Origin: Candidatus Nanopelagicales bacterium
GTDB taxonomy: Bacteria > Actinomycetota > Actinomycetes > S36-B12 > GCA-2699445
Reading direction: 5' to 3'
DNA length: 64,000 bases
NCBI GenBank assembly: GCA_037045355.1
Contig: JBAOHO010000013.1
Location: 271,443-335,442, forward strand
This document shows positions 18,745 through 28,238 of the stretch, piece after piece (positions within the stretch are counted from its first letter, which is position 1; the number at the start of each line of letters is the position of its first letter). A program made the translations under genes and the position numbers. The notes under the pieces are model-generated. The model was not told where the DNA came from and made no database searches. It saw only the letters and a program-made list of their open reading frames with translations.

Positions 18745-19737
18745 GTGATCGGCGCGCGCACCATTGCACTGGTCGCGACTGCGGTGCTCATCGCTGGATG
18801 CTCGTCAGGAGTCCCCGCGGCCCAGCGGGAATCCGGGCAGACAGTAGCCACTCTGGATCCTGCGGCATTGCGACTGGATGTCCAGCGCACCGACATCGGG
18901 ACCGGCACCATGGCTTGGGCCGAAGTCGGCAGCGGTGAGCCCCTGATCCTGCTCAACGGCACGGCATCCCCAATGGCGGAATGGGACCCGGCGTTCCTGG
19001 CGGCACTCGCGGCCCGACACCGCGTGCTCGTGCTGGACTATCCCGGCCTGGGCGGATCCACGAGATTGCCCGGACGTTTGACCTTCGACAAGCTGGCGGA
19101 CGCGATGGTGCGGTGGATGGCGGCCATCGACCTCGACCGGGCGACAGTCTTGGGGTGGTCCATGGGGACATTCGTCGCGCAGCGCATGGCGGTGCGATAT
19201 CCCGAAGCAGTTGCTCGCCTGATCCTCGTGGGCGGGAACCCCGGCGGTGATCGCACAGTACTGGGACCTCCGTGGGTGCAGCGAGCCGACAGCGACCCCA
19301 ACTACACGATCGAGACCTATCTGCGCACCAACTACCCGCACACCCGCTGCGCTCAGCGCGCCGGCAAGGCGTTCCTCGCCCGCCAGGAGGCCGCGGTCGA
19401 GTCGGGCCGCTACCCCCCGGACCGGGTCCCGACCCGCACCTATGACGCGATGGTGGCAGCGGAGGACCCGTGGTTGCGGTCGAACCGGAACCTGCGGCAA
19501 CTGTCGCAACTCGATGTTCCGTCGCTCGTGATGGTCGGTGCGGGGGACGTCATCACGCCGCCGGCCAATAGCCGTGTCCTTGCAGGGGCACTCGAAGGGT
19601 CGGTCGACCGTGACATCACCGGCGCCGGCCACTCCGTCCTGTTCCAAGAACCGGAACTCAGCGCATCACTGATCGGTGGATTCATGGTCGGCGGGTTGGA
19701 CCCCGGCCGCACCCGCGTCTCAGGGAAGTGCGGCTGA
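18745..19737 (+). CDS. alpha/beta hydrolase lipoprotein
   Basis: GTG at 18745 gives VIGARTIALVATAVLIAGCSSG (lipobox). GWSMG nucleophile elbow. The start is uncertain (GTGs at 18727/18736 are also possible). Confidence 0.7.
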   Translation: MIGARTIALVATAVLIAGCSSGVPAAQRESGQTVATLDPAALRLDVQRTDIGTGTMAWAEVGSGEPLILLNGTASPMAEWDPAFLAALAARHRVLVLDYPGLGGSTRLPGRLTFDKLADAMVRWMAAIDLDRATVLGWSMGTFVAQRMAVRYPEAVARLILVGGNPGGDRTVLGPPWVQRADSDPNYTIETYLRTNYPHTRCAQRAGKAFLARQEAAVESGRYPPDRVPTRTYDAMVAAEDPWLRSNRNLRQLSQLDVPSLVMVGAGDVITPPANSRVLAGALEGSVDRDITGAGHSVLFQEPELSASLIGGFMVGGLDPGRTRVSGKCG

Positions 19738-19741
19738 TCGT

Positions 19742-19999
19742 TCAGGCGAGTCGACGCGAGCGGCGCCTGCGTACGACCACGACAGTCACGACGACGGCAG
19801 CTGTCACCGCGAGTCCGATTCCGATCGCGGGGGCGAACCGGCGCGCCGCCGCGTCGGCCTTCTCAGCGGCGAGCAGCAGATTGTCGGTGCCCGCGAGGAG
19901 CGAGTCCGCCTTGTCGAGCCCGGCGCGGGCGCTGGCCAGATCGGCCCTCAGTTGTTCGACCTCTTCGCGGCCGATCTGCAGTTCCTGCGTCAACTTCAT
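19742..19999 (-). CDS. small coiled-coil, C-terminally membrane-anchored protein
   Basis: ATG at 19999. Helical N-terminal part, then GIGLAVTAAVVVTVVVV followed by RRRRSRR. Confidence 0.45.
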   Translation of the reverse strand: MKLTQELQIGREEVEQLRADLASARAGLDKADSLLAGTDNLLLAAEKADAAARRFAPAIGIGLAVTAAVVVTVVVVRRRRSRRLA

Positions 20000-20012
20000 G
20001 TGCGTCCTCCGG

Positions 20013-21053
20013 TCACAGATCTGCTGCGGCGAGTTCCGCCGCCACAAACCCATGATCGCGTACCGGCCGCAGAATCCGATCCTCGAGGAGCGGATCCGGC
20101 GCGTTGAGCCCAGCCGCCAAGCGGCCCGAGCGGACCTCGACGATCCCCGCGATCGCCAATGCCAGCGACGGGTCGATGTAGCGCAGTCGTGTGGGTTCGG
20201 GAAGAGCGAAGTTCAAAGGCTTCTTCGCGTTCAGAACGCGGCCTTCGGCAACCCTCTCACCAAACTCATCGGCAACGCCCATGTTGGCGAGCAAGGCATC
20301 GCCTTCGTTCAGCTCGGTGGCGTACTCGGACATCACCCCCGGTACACCGGTGGCAGTGACCACGCACCATGCGGCGGCGAGACTTGCTCGGACTGCCGAG
20401 CGATCCTCCCGGTCGATCCAGCCGAACGTGGAGTCACTGCCTGACACGCTGTCGACGATGGTCGCGATGGCGCCGCTCTGGTGCACGCGGTGGGCGATCC
20501 CGCGACCCACCTTGCCGCCTCCGATGATCACGATGCTGCGATCACGCAGGTCCGCGAAGCCGGCCGCGGCCATGGCGCGCACGAATCCGTCACCGGTGCC
20601 CAGGGAGTTCTCGATCAGCTTGATCCGACCGGCATCGACCAGGAACACGGGTTGGGGACATCGCCGGTACGGCTCGACACCGGACTGGGTGAGTTCCACG
20701 TAGCCGTAGGTGCTCGAGACATCGGCGTGGATGCCCGCGCAGTCGAGAACGACGTCGAAGGGACGCCCCTGGGGATCGGGCTTGACGACAGGGACCCCGA
20801 GCTCGGGCAGCTCGGCGACGACTTCCGGGTCGTGGGGGACGCGCGGGTCCGGGCTCACGACCAAGTCCGCGCCGGCACTCTGCATGGCCCACATCTGGGG
20901 CAGAACGTTGGTCCACACCGGAAAGCCGCTCAGCACCCGCACGCCGGTCAGTGGTCGGTCGCGCTCACCTGCCTCGATGAGCGCCCACAGAGCCGGGAAC
21001 TCTCGCGGGTCGTAGGACGCCAGCACCGCGCGGCCCAGGGGGCCGGGCCTCAT
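20013..21053 (-). CDS. adenosylhomocysteinase-fold (SAHH-like) NAD-binding protein, short divergent form
   Basis: Collinear resemblance to SAHH blocks: VLDCAGI vs ILDDGGD, ELTQSGV vs EETTTGV, IVIIGGGKVGRGIA Rossmann motif, NMGVADEFG vs NIGHFDNEI. Only 346 aa. Confidence 0.5.
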   Translation of the reverse strand: MRPGPLGRAVLASYDPREFPALWALIEAGERDRPLTGVRVLSGFPVWTNVLPQMWAMQSAGADLVVSPDPRVPHDPEVVAELPELGVPVVKPDPQGRPFDVVLDCAGIHADVSSTYGYVELTQSGVEPYRRCPQPVFLVDAGRIKLIENSLGTGDGFVRAMAAAGFADLRDRSIVIIGGGKVGRGIAHRVHQSGAIATIVDSVSGSDSTFGWIDREDRSAVRASLAAAWCVVTATGVPGVMSEYATELNEGDALLANMGVADEFGERVAEGRVLNAKKPLNFALPEPTRLRYIDPSLALAIAGIVEVRSGRLAAGLNAPDPLLEDRILRPVRDHGFVAAELAAADL

Positions 21054-23722
21054 TTGCTCAGGTCCCGCTCCACACTGACGACTTGCTGGAACGTCGGACG
21101 GTTCTGGAACGGGAACGCACCGGGACGACTGATCGCGCTGGTCACCCGCGGCCGGTTCTTGTCGAAGCAGGACGGCTGCGGATCACTCGTGCAGGCACCC
21201 ACTGCATACATCTCCTGTGGCGTGACGGTGAGCGCCGTACGCAGTGAATCGCGCAGATCCTGGCGGCACGCGGAACGGTCGCCGTCGCCGCAGAACACCT
21301 TGGGCCACGTGCCGGTCACACTGCCCGAGTCGGTCAACTTGCGCAGGTCATTCGAGACAAAGCCCCACCAGCCATCGGAGAAGCCGGGGGCGGCTGGTCG
21401 CTCGCGCGGGACAGCGCCCAGACCGATCACGGATTGGATCGCCTCGTAGGCCTCGGTTCCCAACTCGGTCTCGAAGATGCTCTGGACAAGTCGGGGCCAC
21501 CAGGCATCCATGATCTCGATCGCCCGGTTGTGTTCGTAGCTGCCGTCCTGGTCCAGGTCACGGCGATGTCCGCCCGCGTCGCGCCACTGACGCAGCTGTG
21601 TGATGGCGTCCTGCAGCGCCGGGTCACCGGGGGAGCCGATCCGCTCCAGCAACAGGGGGAGCAAGGCGATGGCCCGGATGTCCTCGGTGGCTGGTTCGGA
21701 CATGGACTGCACCAGGTCGGCCTTGGTCATCTTGCCTTTGTCGAGGTCCGCGTTGATCCGGCGTGAGATCAACTGCGAGCGGTAGATCGGCCCGTAGCCC
21801 CACTGCTCATCGGCCGCGGACCACCCGGGTGCCGGCTTGTTGTTCCACGACACCAGGACATCTGGGTTGATCGCCTTCGGATGCCGATCGAACTCCAAGG
21901 GGGTGAACGCCCCGGTCTTGGGGTCGAATCCCTTCCAGTCGTACTGACCGGTCCCGAGAACCGGGAAGTCCGGCGAGGTGCCGTTGGCTCGCTTCGGATA
22001 GGCCCCGGACAGGAAGTAGGCCGTGTCATCGGTGTCGGTGTATGCCCAGTTGAAAGTGAACTGGACGCCGGAAGCGGCGCGCTGGAAGCTCTTCGCGTCC
22101 TTGACCTTGTTCGGGTTGTTGAGATCGGAGAACCCGACGACCGAGTCGACCTCGCGGCCGTAGGTGCTTCGCGCGAGAACGAATGCCACTCGTTTGGTCT
22201 TGCCGTTGACCTTCACTTTGCCGTAGGCATCCACGATGCCGTGCACCGTGCGCCAGGAGGTCAGTTCCGCAGACCCCGCCGGAGTCTTGTCGATGACATT
22301 CGGGGTCCAGGAGTTGCGCCGGACCAACTTCTCCATGGGGCGACATTCGCCCTTGTACTTGTAGTGGTGCTTGTCGCCACCGCACAGGACTTCGGCGAAG
22401 GTGTCGACGTTGTCGGACCCCGCGGAGGTGGCGCTCCAGGCGTAGTCCCGACCGTGGCCCATCTGGACGAACAGGTTGACCCCGGCGAACGCGACGCCGC
22501 GGGCGTCGATACCCGGTCCGTGCAGTTCTTGTTCGACGAGGATCTGGGGCAGCCAGTACCCCACCTGTGGACCCATGACCGCCAGTGGATTACCCGTGCG
22601 GGAGTTCTTCGCCGACACCAACTCCCAGTTGGACATGTGGGGACGGGCACCGTTGTCGCCGCTGTCGAAGAGTGTCGGTTCGGCTCCGAGGTCCTGCATC
22701 TGGGCCGAGACCTCGGTCGAGACGATCTCGGCGTCCTCGACTGAGCCGGCGATCGGCAGCGCCAATCCCTTCTTCGCGAAGGAGTCCTCGGTCATGTAGG
22801 GGAACCGCTTCTTGATGGTCGTGGGTGCCCCGGGATCGTTCTTGGTGCGGAACCCTTTCCAGAGTTTCCGGCCCTGATCTTTGCCGAACCGCTTCTCCAG
22901 CGCACGCAACACGAGTGAGGAGTCCAGCGACCCGCCGCCCCCGCGGCCGAAGATGCCCCCGACAAGCGATGTTGTCGCGACGACATCTGTGGCGTCCCAA
23001 TCGCGGAGCTCCTGTCCGATGAGGCTGTACTCGACCGGCATCAGGTCGGGGTTCTGGCGGGCTTCGGCGATGTAGGCGTTGATGCCGGCGACGAAGCTGT
23101 CGAGTTCCTTCATCGCGGACTTACCGAGGTCCTTCTTGGCTTGCTTGAGCTGGTTGTTCAGGTCCGTCTGTGAGTACGGGGCGAAACGCCATTGCTCGAT
23201 GTCGGAGTTCAGGTTGCCGCCGCCGAGAAACGATGACAGGTCAGCGCGTCCGGTGTGCCGCAGGACATCCATCAAGAACAGGCGATCGGCGGCCCCCGCG
23301 TATCCAGCGCCGAACATGGTGTCGCGCCGGGTGGAGCCGTAGATGCGGGGCACCGCGTACTCGCGGTCGCGAACGATCGTGACGCCGTCGCGCGGGGTGA
23401 TGGTGCTCAGCCGGTCGTCCGGACGAACGCCGAAGGTGGCGTCCTTGAAGAAGTCCGGGATCTGGCTGTCGGTCAGGGTGGGGGAGGCGTAGAGGAGGTT
23501 CTCGTACAGCGACTGCTGGTTGGCCCAGTACGGGGGAAGGGTGCCGTCCGTCAGGTACTGCTGGAACTCGGCCGCGGTGTCGACTCCGTCCGAACCGGGA
23601 GGCAGGACATTACGGAATCCGCCGGCGTCGTTTCGGCCGTAGCCCTCGGGGTCCGCTGCCAGGGCGGTTCCGGGTAGGGCCACCAGGGCGGCCGTGACAA
23701 GGGCGATGAGTCGTCGGTGCAC
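21050..23722 (-). CDS. penicillin acylase (peptidase S45, Ntn hydrolase) family protein
   Basis: GTG at 23722 follows GAAAGGA. Signal peptide, SNW at the expected autoprocessing site, long conserved body. The ORF track extends to 23758. Confidence 0.8.
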   Translation of the reverse strand: MHRRLIALVTAALVALPGTALAADPEGYGRNDAGGFRNVLPPGSDGVDTAAEFQQYLTDGTLPPYWANQQSLYENLLYASPTLTDSQIPDFFKDATFGVRPDDRLSTITPRDGVTIVRDREYAVPRIYGSTRRDTMFGAGYAGAADRLFLMDVLRHTGRADLSSFLGGGNLNSDIEQWRFAPYSQTDLNNQLKQAKKDLGKSAMKELDSFVAGINAYIAEARQNPDLMPVEYSLIGQELRDWDATDVVATTSLVGGIFGRGGGGSLDSSLVLRALEKRFGKDQGRKLWKGFRTKNDPGAPTTIKKRFPYMTEDSFAKKGLALPIAGSVEDAEIVSTEVSAQMQDLGAEPTLFDSGDNGARPHMSNWELVSAKNSRTGNPLAVMGPQVGYWLPQILVEQELHGPGIDARGVAFAGVNLFVQMGHGRDYAWSATSAGSDNVDTFAEVLCGGDKHHYKYKGECRPMEKLVRRNSWTPNVIDKTPAGSAELTSWRTVHGIVDAYGKVKVNGKTKRVAFVLARSTYGREVDSVVGFSDLNNPNKVKDAKSFQRAASGVQFTFNWAYTDTDDTAYFLSGAYPKRANGTSPDFPVLGTGQYDWKGFDPKTGAFTPLEFDRHPKAINPDVLVSWNNKPAPGWSAADEQWGYGPIYRSQLISRRINADLDKGKMTKADLVQSMSEPATEDIRAIALLPLLLERIGSPGDPALQDAITQLRQWRDAGGHRRDLDQDGSYEHNRAIEIMDAWWPRLVQSIFETELGTEAYEAIQSVIGLGAVPRERPAAPGFSDGWWGFVSNDLRKLTDSGSVTGTWPKVFCGDGDRSACRQDLRDSLRTALTVTPQEMYAVGACTSDPQPSCFDKNRPRVTSAISRPGAFPFQNRPTFQQVVSVERDLSK

Positions 23723-23736
23723 GGCGATCCTTTCGG

Positions 23737-24966
23737 TCAGCTGAGCCGCTGGTACCACTGCAGGGCAAAGGAGCCCCGGACTTGACGAACGAAGTCAGCG
23801 CTGTCGGCAGAGCCTTCGTAGATGTCATGGAAGTACACGGTGGCCGCCAGGATATCGGTCATGTCCTTGTACATCTCGATATCGAACGTCGTGAGTACGG
23901 TCTCCATCTCGAAGACCATGAATTCGACCTGCGTCCGTGCGTCCCACGGGTCGAGACCACGAGCCGATGCGAAAGCAATCAGGCTGTTGCCCCCGTTGTC
24001 CCAGCGTCCTCCCTGGGACCACTGCGCCAGCCCGCGACCCGGGCCTCCGGACTGGACGGCAGTGGGGTCGACGCCGGACTCCTGTTGCAGGTTCCCGAGG
24101 ATGCCGGCGATCGACTCCTCCGAGAACCCGTCCGCCTTGAGCATCTTCCAGACCACGTCCGCCGCGGGGCCGGTCGAGATCGGGGGACCTCCCGCGAGCG
24201 AGTCGGCCAAGGCGACCTTGTAGACGTCCTGGGCCTCGTCGTAGTCATCGTCGAGACGAACCAGTGCGGCCTCACCGATCCTCACGTCCCGCCGGGCGGC
24301 GGTCATGAAGTCCTCCGCTTCGGCGACGGACCGGCGAGCAGCCACCAGATCGTCGTGGGCGGCTTCGTACTCGGTCTGGGCGGCGTCGTACCCGGCGCGG
24401 GCTTCGTCGGCCACTCCGGTGGCGTCCTGTGCGAGGCGGACGGTGCGTTGGGCGTCGACGATTCCGGCATCGCTGAGGTTGTCGTACGTCATGTCGCGGC
24501 GGGCCATCTCGTGCAGGGCGGCAGGGCCGTCGGCGGCGAAGGTGGCGAATAGTTCGAGGTCGGTGTCCGACAACGCGTTGATGTAGGCGTTGCGGGCCAT
24601 GCGGCGTAGTGCGCTTTCCGCAGCGAGAGCCGATTCGCGAGCCTTCGTCTCGGCCGCGGTGGCCGTGTGCGCGTCATCGGCGGCCTCCTCCGCGCGCTTC
24701 TTCGTCGCCCGGTCCACGGCCAGCGCGGCAGTGACCGCATTCTGTGCGTCGGTGAGTTGCCGAGTGGCGTCGCCGACGCGGGCCTCGGCGGCTGCGATCT
24801 CGGCTTCAGCAGCGCGATGCTGGGCTCGGATGTCGGCCAGTTGCTGCGCTGCGATGGACATCGGAACAGGGTCGGGGTCACTGCCGGCTGCCTGCGGAAC
24901 TCCGGAGCCCAGAGTCAGACTCACCACGACTGCCCCCGCGGCGGCGCAGCGTGACAGTAGGCCCAT
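23737..24966 (-). CDS. secreted coiled-coil protein with C-terminal phage-tail-lysozyme-type domain
   Basis: Signal peptide, an Ala/Glu/Arg-rich coiled-coil region of about 230 aa, then ESIAGILGNLQQESG...GRGLAQWS. Confidence 0.65.
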   Translation of the reverse strand: MGLLSRCAAAGAVVVSLTLGSGVPQAAGSDPDPVPMSIAAQQLADIRAQHRAAEAEIAAAEARVGDATRQLTDAQNAVTAALAVDRATKKRAEEAADDAHTATAAETKARESALAAESALRRMARNAYINALSDTDLELFATFAADGPAALHEMARRDMTYDNLSDAGIVDAQRTVRLAQDATGVADEARAGYDAAQTEYEAAHDDLVAARRSVAEAEDFMTAARRDVRIGEAALVRLDDDYDEAQDVYKVALADSLAGGPPISTGPAADVVWKMLKADGFSEESIAGILGNLQQESGVDPTAVQSGGPGRGLAQWSQGGRWDNGGNSLIAFASARGLDPWDARTQVEFMVFEMETVLTTFDIEMYKDMTDILAATVYFHDIYEGSADSADFVRQVRGSFALQWYQRLS

Positions 24967-25035
24967 GTTCCCATCATCGGCACACTTGAGGGCCCGCGAC
25001 AGCCGAGTTGCGAATACCGGGTGGCAATTCCCGGA

Positions 25036-26412
25036 TCAACCGGACATCTGAGCGAATGTCGCAGTGAAGTGCCGCAGGACCGGGGGCTCTTCGACGATGC
25101 GGTAGCCCGGCAGGTCGTGGGCCCTTGCCGCCACCTGCTCGCAGACCTCGATGACGTAGTCGATGTGGCTTTGGGTGTAGGTCCGCCGCGGAATTGCGAG
25201 CCGCACCAGGTCCAGTGCGGCGGGTTGTTCGCTGCCGTCGGGCCGGCGACCGAACATGACGGTGCCGATCTCGCAGCCGCGGACACCGCCGGCCTCGTAG
25301 AGTGCCACCGCGAGTGCTTGTCCGGGGTATTGCAGCGGGTCCAGGTGCGGCAGGAGTTCGCGAGCGTCGAGGTAGACCGCGTGCCCCCCGATGGGTTGGA
25401 CGACCGGGATGCCTCGTTGCGCCAGCGCGTCACCGAGGTAGGCGGTGGATCGGATCCGGTAGCGCAGATAGTCGTGGTCGACAGCTTCGCGCAGGCCGAC
25501 GGCGAGCGCTTCGAGGTCGCGTCCTGCCAGACCGCCGTACGTCGGGAATCCCTCCGTGAGGATGAGTAGGGCGCGACACTGCTGGGCCAGGGCGTCGTCG
25601 TTGACGGCCAGCCATCCGCCGATATTCCCCATCGGGTCCTTCTTGGCGCTCATGGTCATCCCGTCGGCGAGTCCGGCGATCTCGCGGACGATGTCGGACA
25701 CCTCCCGATCACTTTGGCCCGGTTCCCGCTCCCGGATGAACCACGCATTCTCGGCGAAGCGGCATGCATCGAGGAACAGCGGCTTTCCGTGCCGGTGCGC
25801 CACCTCGCTCGTTTCCCGGATGTTCGCCAGGCTGACGGGCTGTCCGCCGCCTGAGTTGTTCGTGATGGTCAGCATCACGCACGGCACCGAGTCGCCCTGT
25901 TCGGACAGCAGCGCATCCAGTGCACTGACATCCATGTTGCCCTTGAAGGGATGGCGGGAGGCTGGGTCACGGCCCTGGGGAATGACCAGATCGACCGCGG
26001 CGGCTCCCGTGTACTCGACGTTTGCCCGCGTGGTGTCGAAGTGGGTGTTGTTCGGGATGATCCGACCGGGACCACCGAGCACGCCGAACAGGATCTTCTC
26101 GGCGGCCCGACCTTGATGGGTGGGGATGACGTGCTCGAAGGGGAACAGTTCTCGCACCCCGTCGCGGAACAACTCGAATGACGGCGACCCCGCGTACGAC
26201 TCGTCGCCGTGCTGGATCGCCGCCCATTGGTCCCGGCTCATCGCTCCCGTCCCAGAGTCGGTCAGCAGGTCGATGATGACGTCTCGCGCGGGCAGATTGA
26301 ACAGGTTGTAGCCCGCGGCCCGGATGGCCTCGGCGCGCTGCTCGGGCGTGGTCAGATGCAGCGGTTCGACCGAATGGATGCGGAAGGGTTCGATGATGGT
26401 TCGGAACTCCAT
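25036..26412 (-). CDS. tnaA: tryptophanase / tyrosine phenol-lyase family beta-eliminating lyase
   Basis: ATG at 26412 (MEFRTIIEPFRIHSVEP). DLLTDSGTGA, PLP-lysine block MSAKKD, FPTYGGLAGRD, VLRHFTA. Collinear with E. coli TnaA as I remember it. Confidence 0.85.
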   Translation of the reverse strand: MEFRTIIEPFRIHSVEPLHLTTPEQRAEAIRAAGYNLFNLPARDVIIDLLTDSGTGAMSRDQWAAIQHGDESYAGSPSFELFRDGVRELFPFEHVIPTHQGRAAEKILFGVLGGPGRIIPNNTHFDTTRANVEYTGAAAVDLVIPQGRDPASRHPFKGNMDVSALDALLSEQGDSVPCVMLTITNNSGGGQPVSLANIRETSEVAHRHGKPLFLDACRFAENAWFIREREPGQSDREVSDIVREIAGLADGMTMSAKKDPMGNIGGWLAVNDDALAQQCRALLILTEGFPTYGGLAGRDLEALAVGLREAVDHDYLRYRIRSTAYLGDALAQRGIPVVQPIGGHAVYLDARELLPHLDPLQYPGQALAVALYEAGGVRGCEIGTVMFGRRPDGSEQPAALDLVRLAIPRRTYTQSHIDYVIEVCEQVAARAHDLPGYRIVEEPPVLRHFTATFAQMSG

Positions 26413-26429
26413 GTCCGGACCGTACTGGT

Positions 26430-27797
26430 TCAGTGCCGCAGTTGCCCCCGGACCTCGGCTGCGGCGCGCAGACCCGACAGGATCGCTCCCTCGATGTAGC
26501 CGACCCAGCGGTCCGCTGTCTCCGTGCCGGCCCAGTGAATGGCCCCGACGGGCGTGCGCAGTGCTGGGCCGAACTGGGTCCACGCGCCGGGTGGCAGATG
26601 TGCGCCGTAGCAGCCCCGCGTGTGCGGTTCCGCGTTCCAGTCCCTGTCGACGTAGTCGAGCATGTCTGCCGCCCGGGGGCCGAAGTACCGCTGCAGTTCC
26701 GCCGTCACCAGCTCCCGGCGCACCGACACGTCGAATCGTGAGGCGGTGACGGCCTCGCTGCCCTCGAAGAAGCCCACGATCATCCCCGGGTACCCGGTGG
26801 GCGGCGTGTTGTCGAACACCACCTTGACGGGGCCCTGGTCGCTGGCTGCCTCCCCGGACAATCCATCGGCGCGCCAGAACGGCTGTTCGTAGATGGCGTG
26901 GAACTTGATGACCGACCCATGCGGCATGCGCTGCAGGAGTTGGGCTCGGTCAGCTGGAAGGACGGGGTCGTAGGTGATGCTGCCGGCGGTGGCTGGGGCC
27001 ACCGTGACGATCACCGCGCTCGCGTCGATCGTGCGGGAGTCTGTCTCGACGAGTACCCCATGGTCGCGACGCTGGATGCTGCGGGCGGGATCGGAGAGCA
27101 GGACGCGGTCGCCCAGCCCTGCGGCAAGCCCGTCTGCCAACTGCATCATCCCGCCCACGACGCGATCCTGCTGGGCGCCGCCCCCGCTTGAGATCAGGGT
27201 CTCCAGGTTGGTGCCGGCGCGCGCGTAGAACAGCGCATGCAGTAACGAGATATTGGCCGCTTCGGTGGCGAAGACCGCTTCGGCTGCGACTCGGAAGAAG
27301 TCCCGACCCGCAGCGGTGCGAGCCGTGCGCACGATCCAGGTCTCGAAGGTCTGGCCGTCGAGTTCACTCGCCCGCGGGGTTCGCCACGGGTGGGTCGGAT
27401 CGACCCGGGCTGCCAGTCGGTCGAACCGCCACTGCGCCTGCCCAACATCCGCCAGGGCGACGGCCGGCAGGCGTGGGACCCGACCGGCGTAGCGGGCGGA
27501 TCGACCGCGGAACAGTAGCAACTTGTCCCCGACCACGTTCGTGGGCATCGTCGTGAGTCCCAGGCGATCGAGCAGGGCGTATGCCAGGTCCTGACCGGGG
27601 CCCAGCCACTGCCCACCGTGGTCGACCCAGGCGTCCGGGTAGCCGGAGAGCGGCTCGGTCTGCACGCGGCCACCCACACGATCTCGGGCTTCCACCACCA
27701 AGCACTCGATCCCCTCTGCCCGCAGCGCGTCAGCCGCGGTCAGACCCGAGATTCCCGCGCCGACCACCACCACCCCGGTGTCGAGATGTCGTGTCAT
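26430..27797 (-). CDS. flavin-containing amine oxidase family protein
   Basis: ATG at 27797. VVVVGAGISGLTAADAL...VVEARDRVGGR dinucleotide fold. The stop lies 18 nt before the tnaA start. Confidence 0.8.
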   Translation of the reverse strand: MTRHLDTGVVVVGAGISGLTAADALRAEGIECLVVEARDRVGGRVQTEPLSGYPDAWVDHGGQWLGPGQDLAYALLDRLGLTTMPTNVVGDKLLLFRGRSARYAGRVPRLPAVALADVGQAQWRFDRLAARVDPTHPWRTPRASELDGQTFETWIVRTARTAAGRDFFRVAAEAVFATEAANISLLHALFYARAGTNLETLISSGGGAQQDRVVGGMMQLADGLAAGLGDRVLLSDPARSIQRRDHGVLVETDSRTIDASAVIVTVAPATAGSITYDPVLPADRAQLLQRMPHGSVIKFHAIYEQPFWRADGLSGEAASDQGPVKVVFDNTPPTGYPGMIVGFFEGSEAVTASRFDVSVRRELVTAELQRYFGPRAADMLDYVDRDWNAEPHTRGCYGAHLPPGAWTQFGPALRTPVGAIHWAGTETADRWVGYIEGAILSGLRAAAEVRGQLRH

Positions 27798-28078
27798 GAC
27801 GGGGGTCGCTCGGGCTGCTCCTGGGCGGCGACGGTGTCGCGCAACTCCTTGCGCTTGTGCACGAACCGGGACCGCAGACCGACGACCATGAACGGCAAGT
27901 AGGCGCCGATGAAGATCATGACCAGACCGAAGATGGTCCAGAAGTTGGTGAAGTCGGTGCCCGGTTCGTAGCGGTCGATCGCCACATTGAGCATCGACAA
28001 CCACCATCCGCCGATGATGAGCACCGCACCGGCGAGGAAACCTCCGGCGCCGTACAGGAATGAGCCGAACTTCTCCAT
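27794..28078 (-). CDS. small two-TM membrane protein
   Basis: 94 aa with two hydrophobic helices. Its stop overlaps the oxidase start (ATGA at 27794-27797). Confidence 0.5.
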   Translation of the reverse strand: MEKFGSFLYGAGGFLAGAVLIIGGWWLSMLNVAIDRYEPGTDFTNFWTIFGLVMIFIGAYLPFMVVGLRSRFVHKRKELRDTVAAQEQPERPPS

Positions 28079-28238
28079 GGACTCACAGTAGGGGACTCAG
28101 ACTAGGCGGAAAGGTGTCTGCAACCTCGCGGCATCGAACACCTACGCTGTCAGTCATGGCTCCCATCAAGGCCCCCGGCGAGGCCCTCCTGAAGGCCCTG
28201 GTCAAGGTCCCCGGCAAGGCTTCGGACGACTCCCGTCG

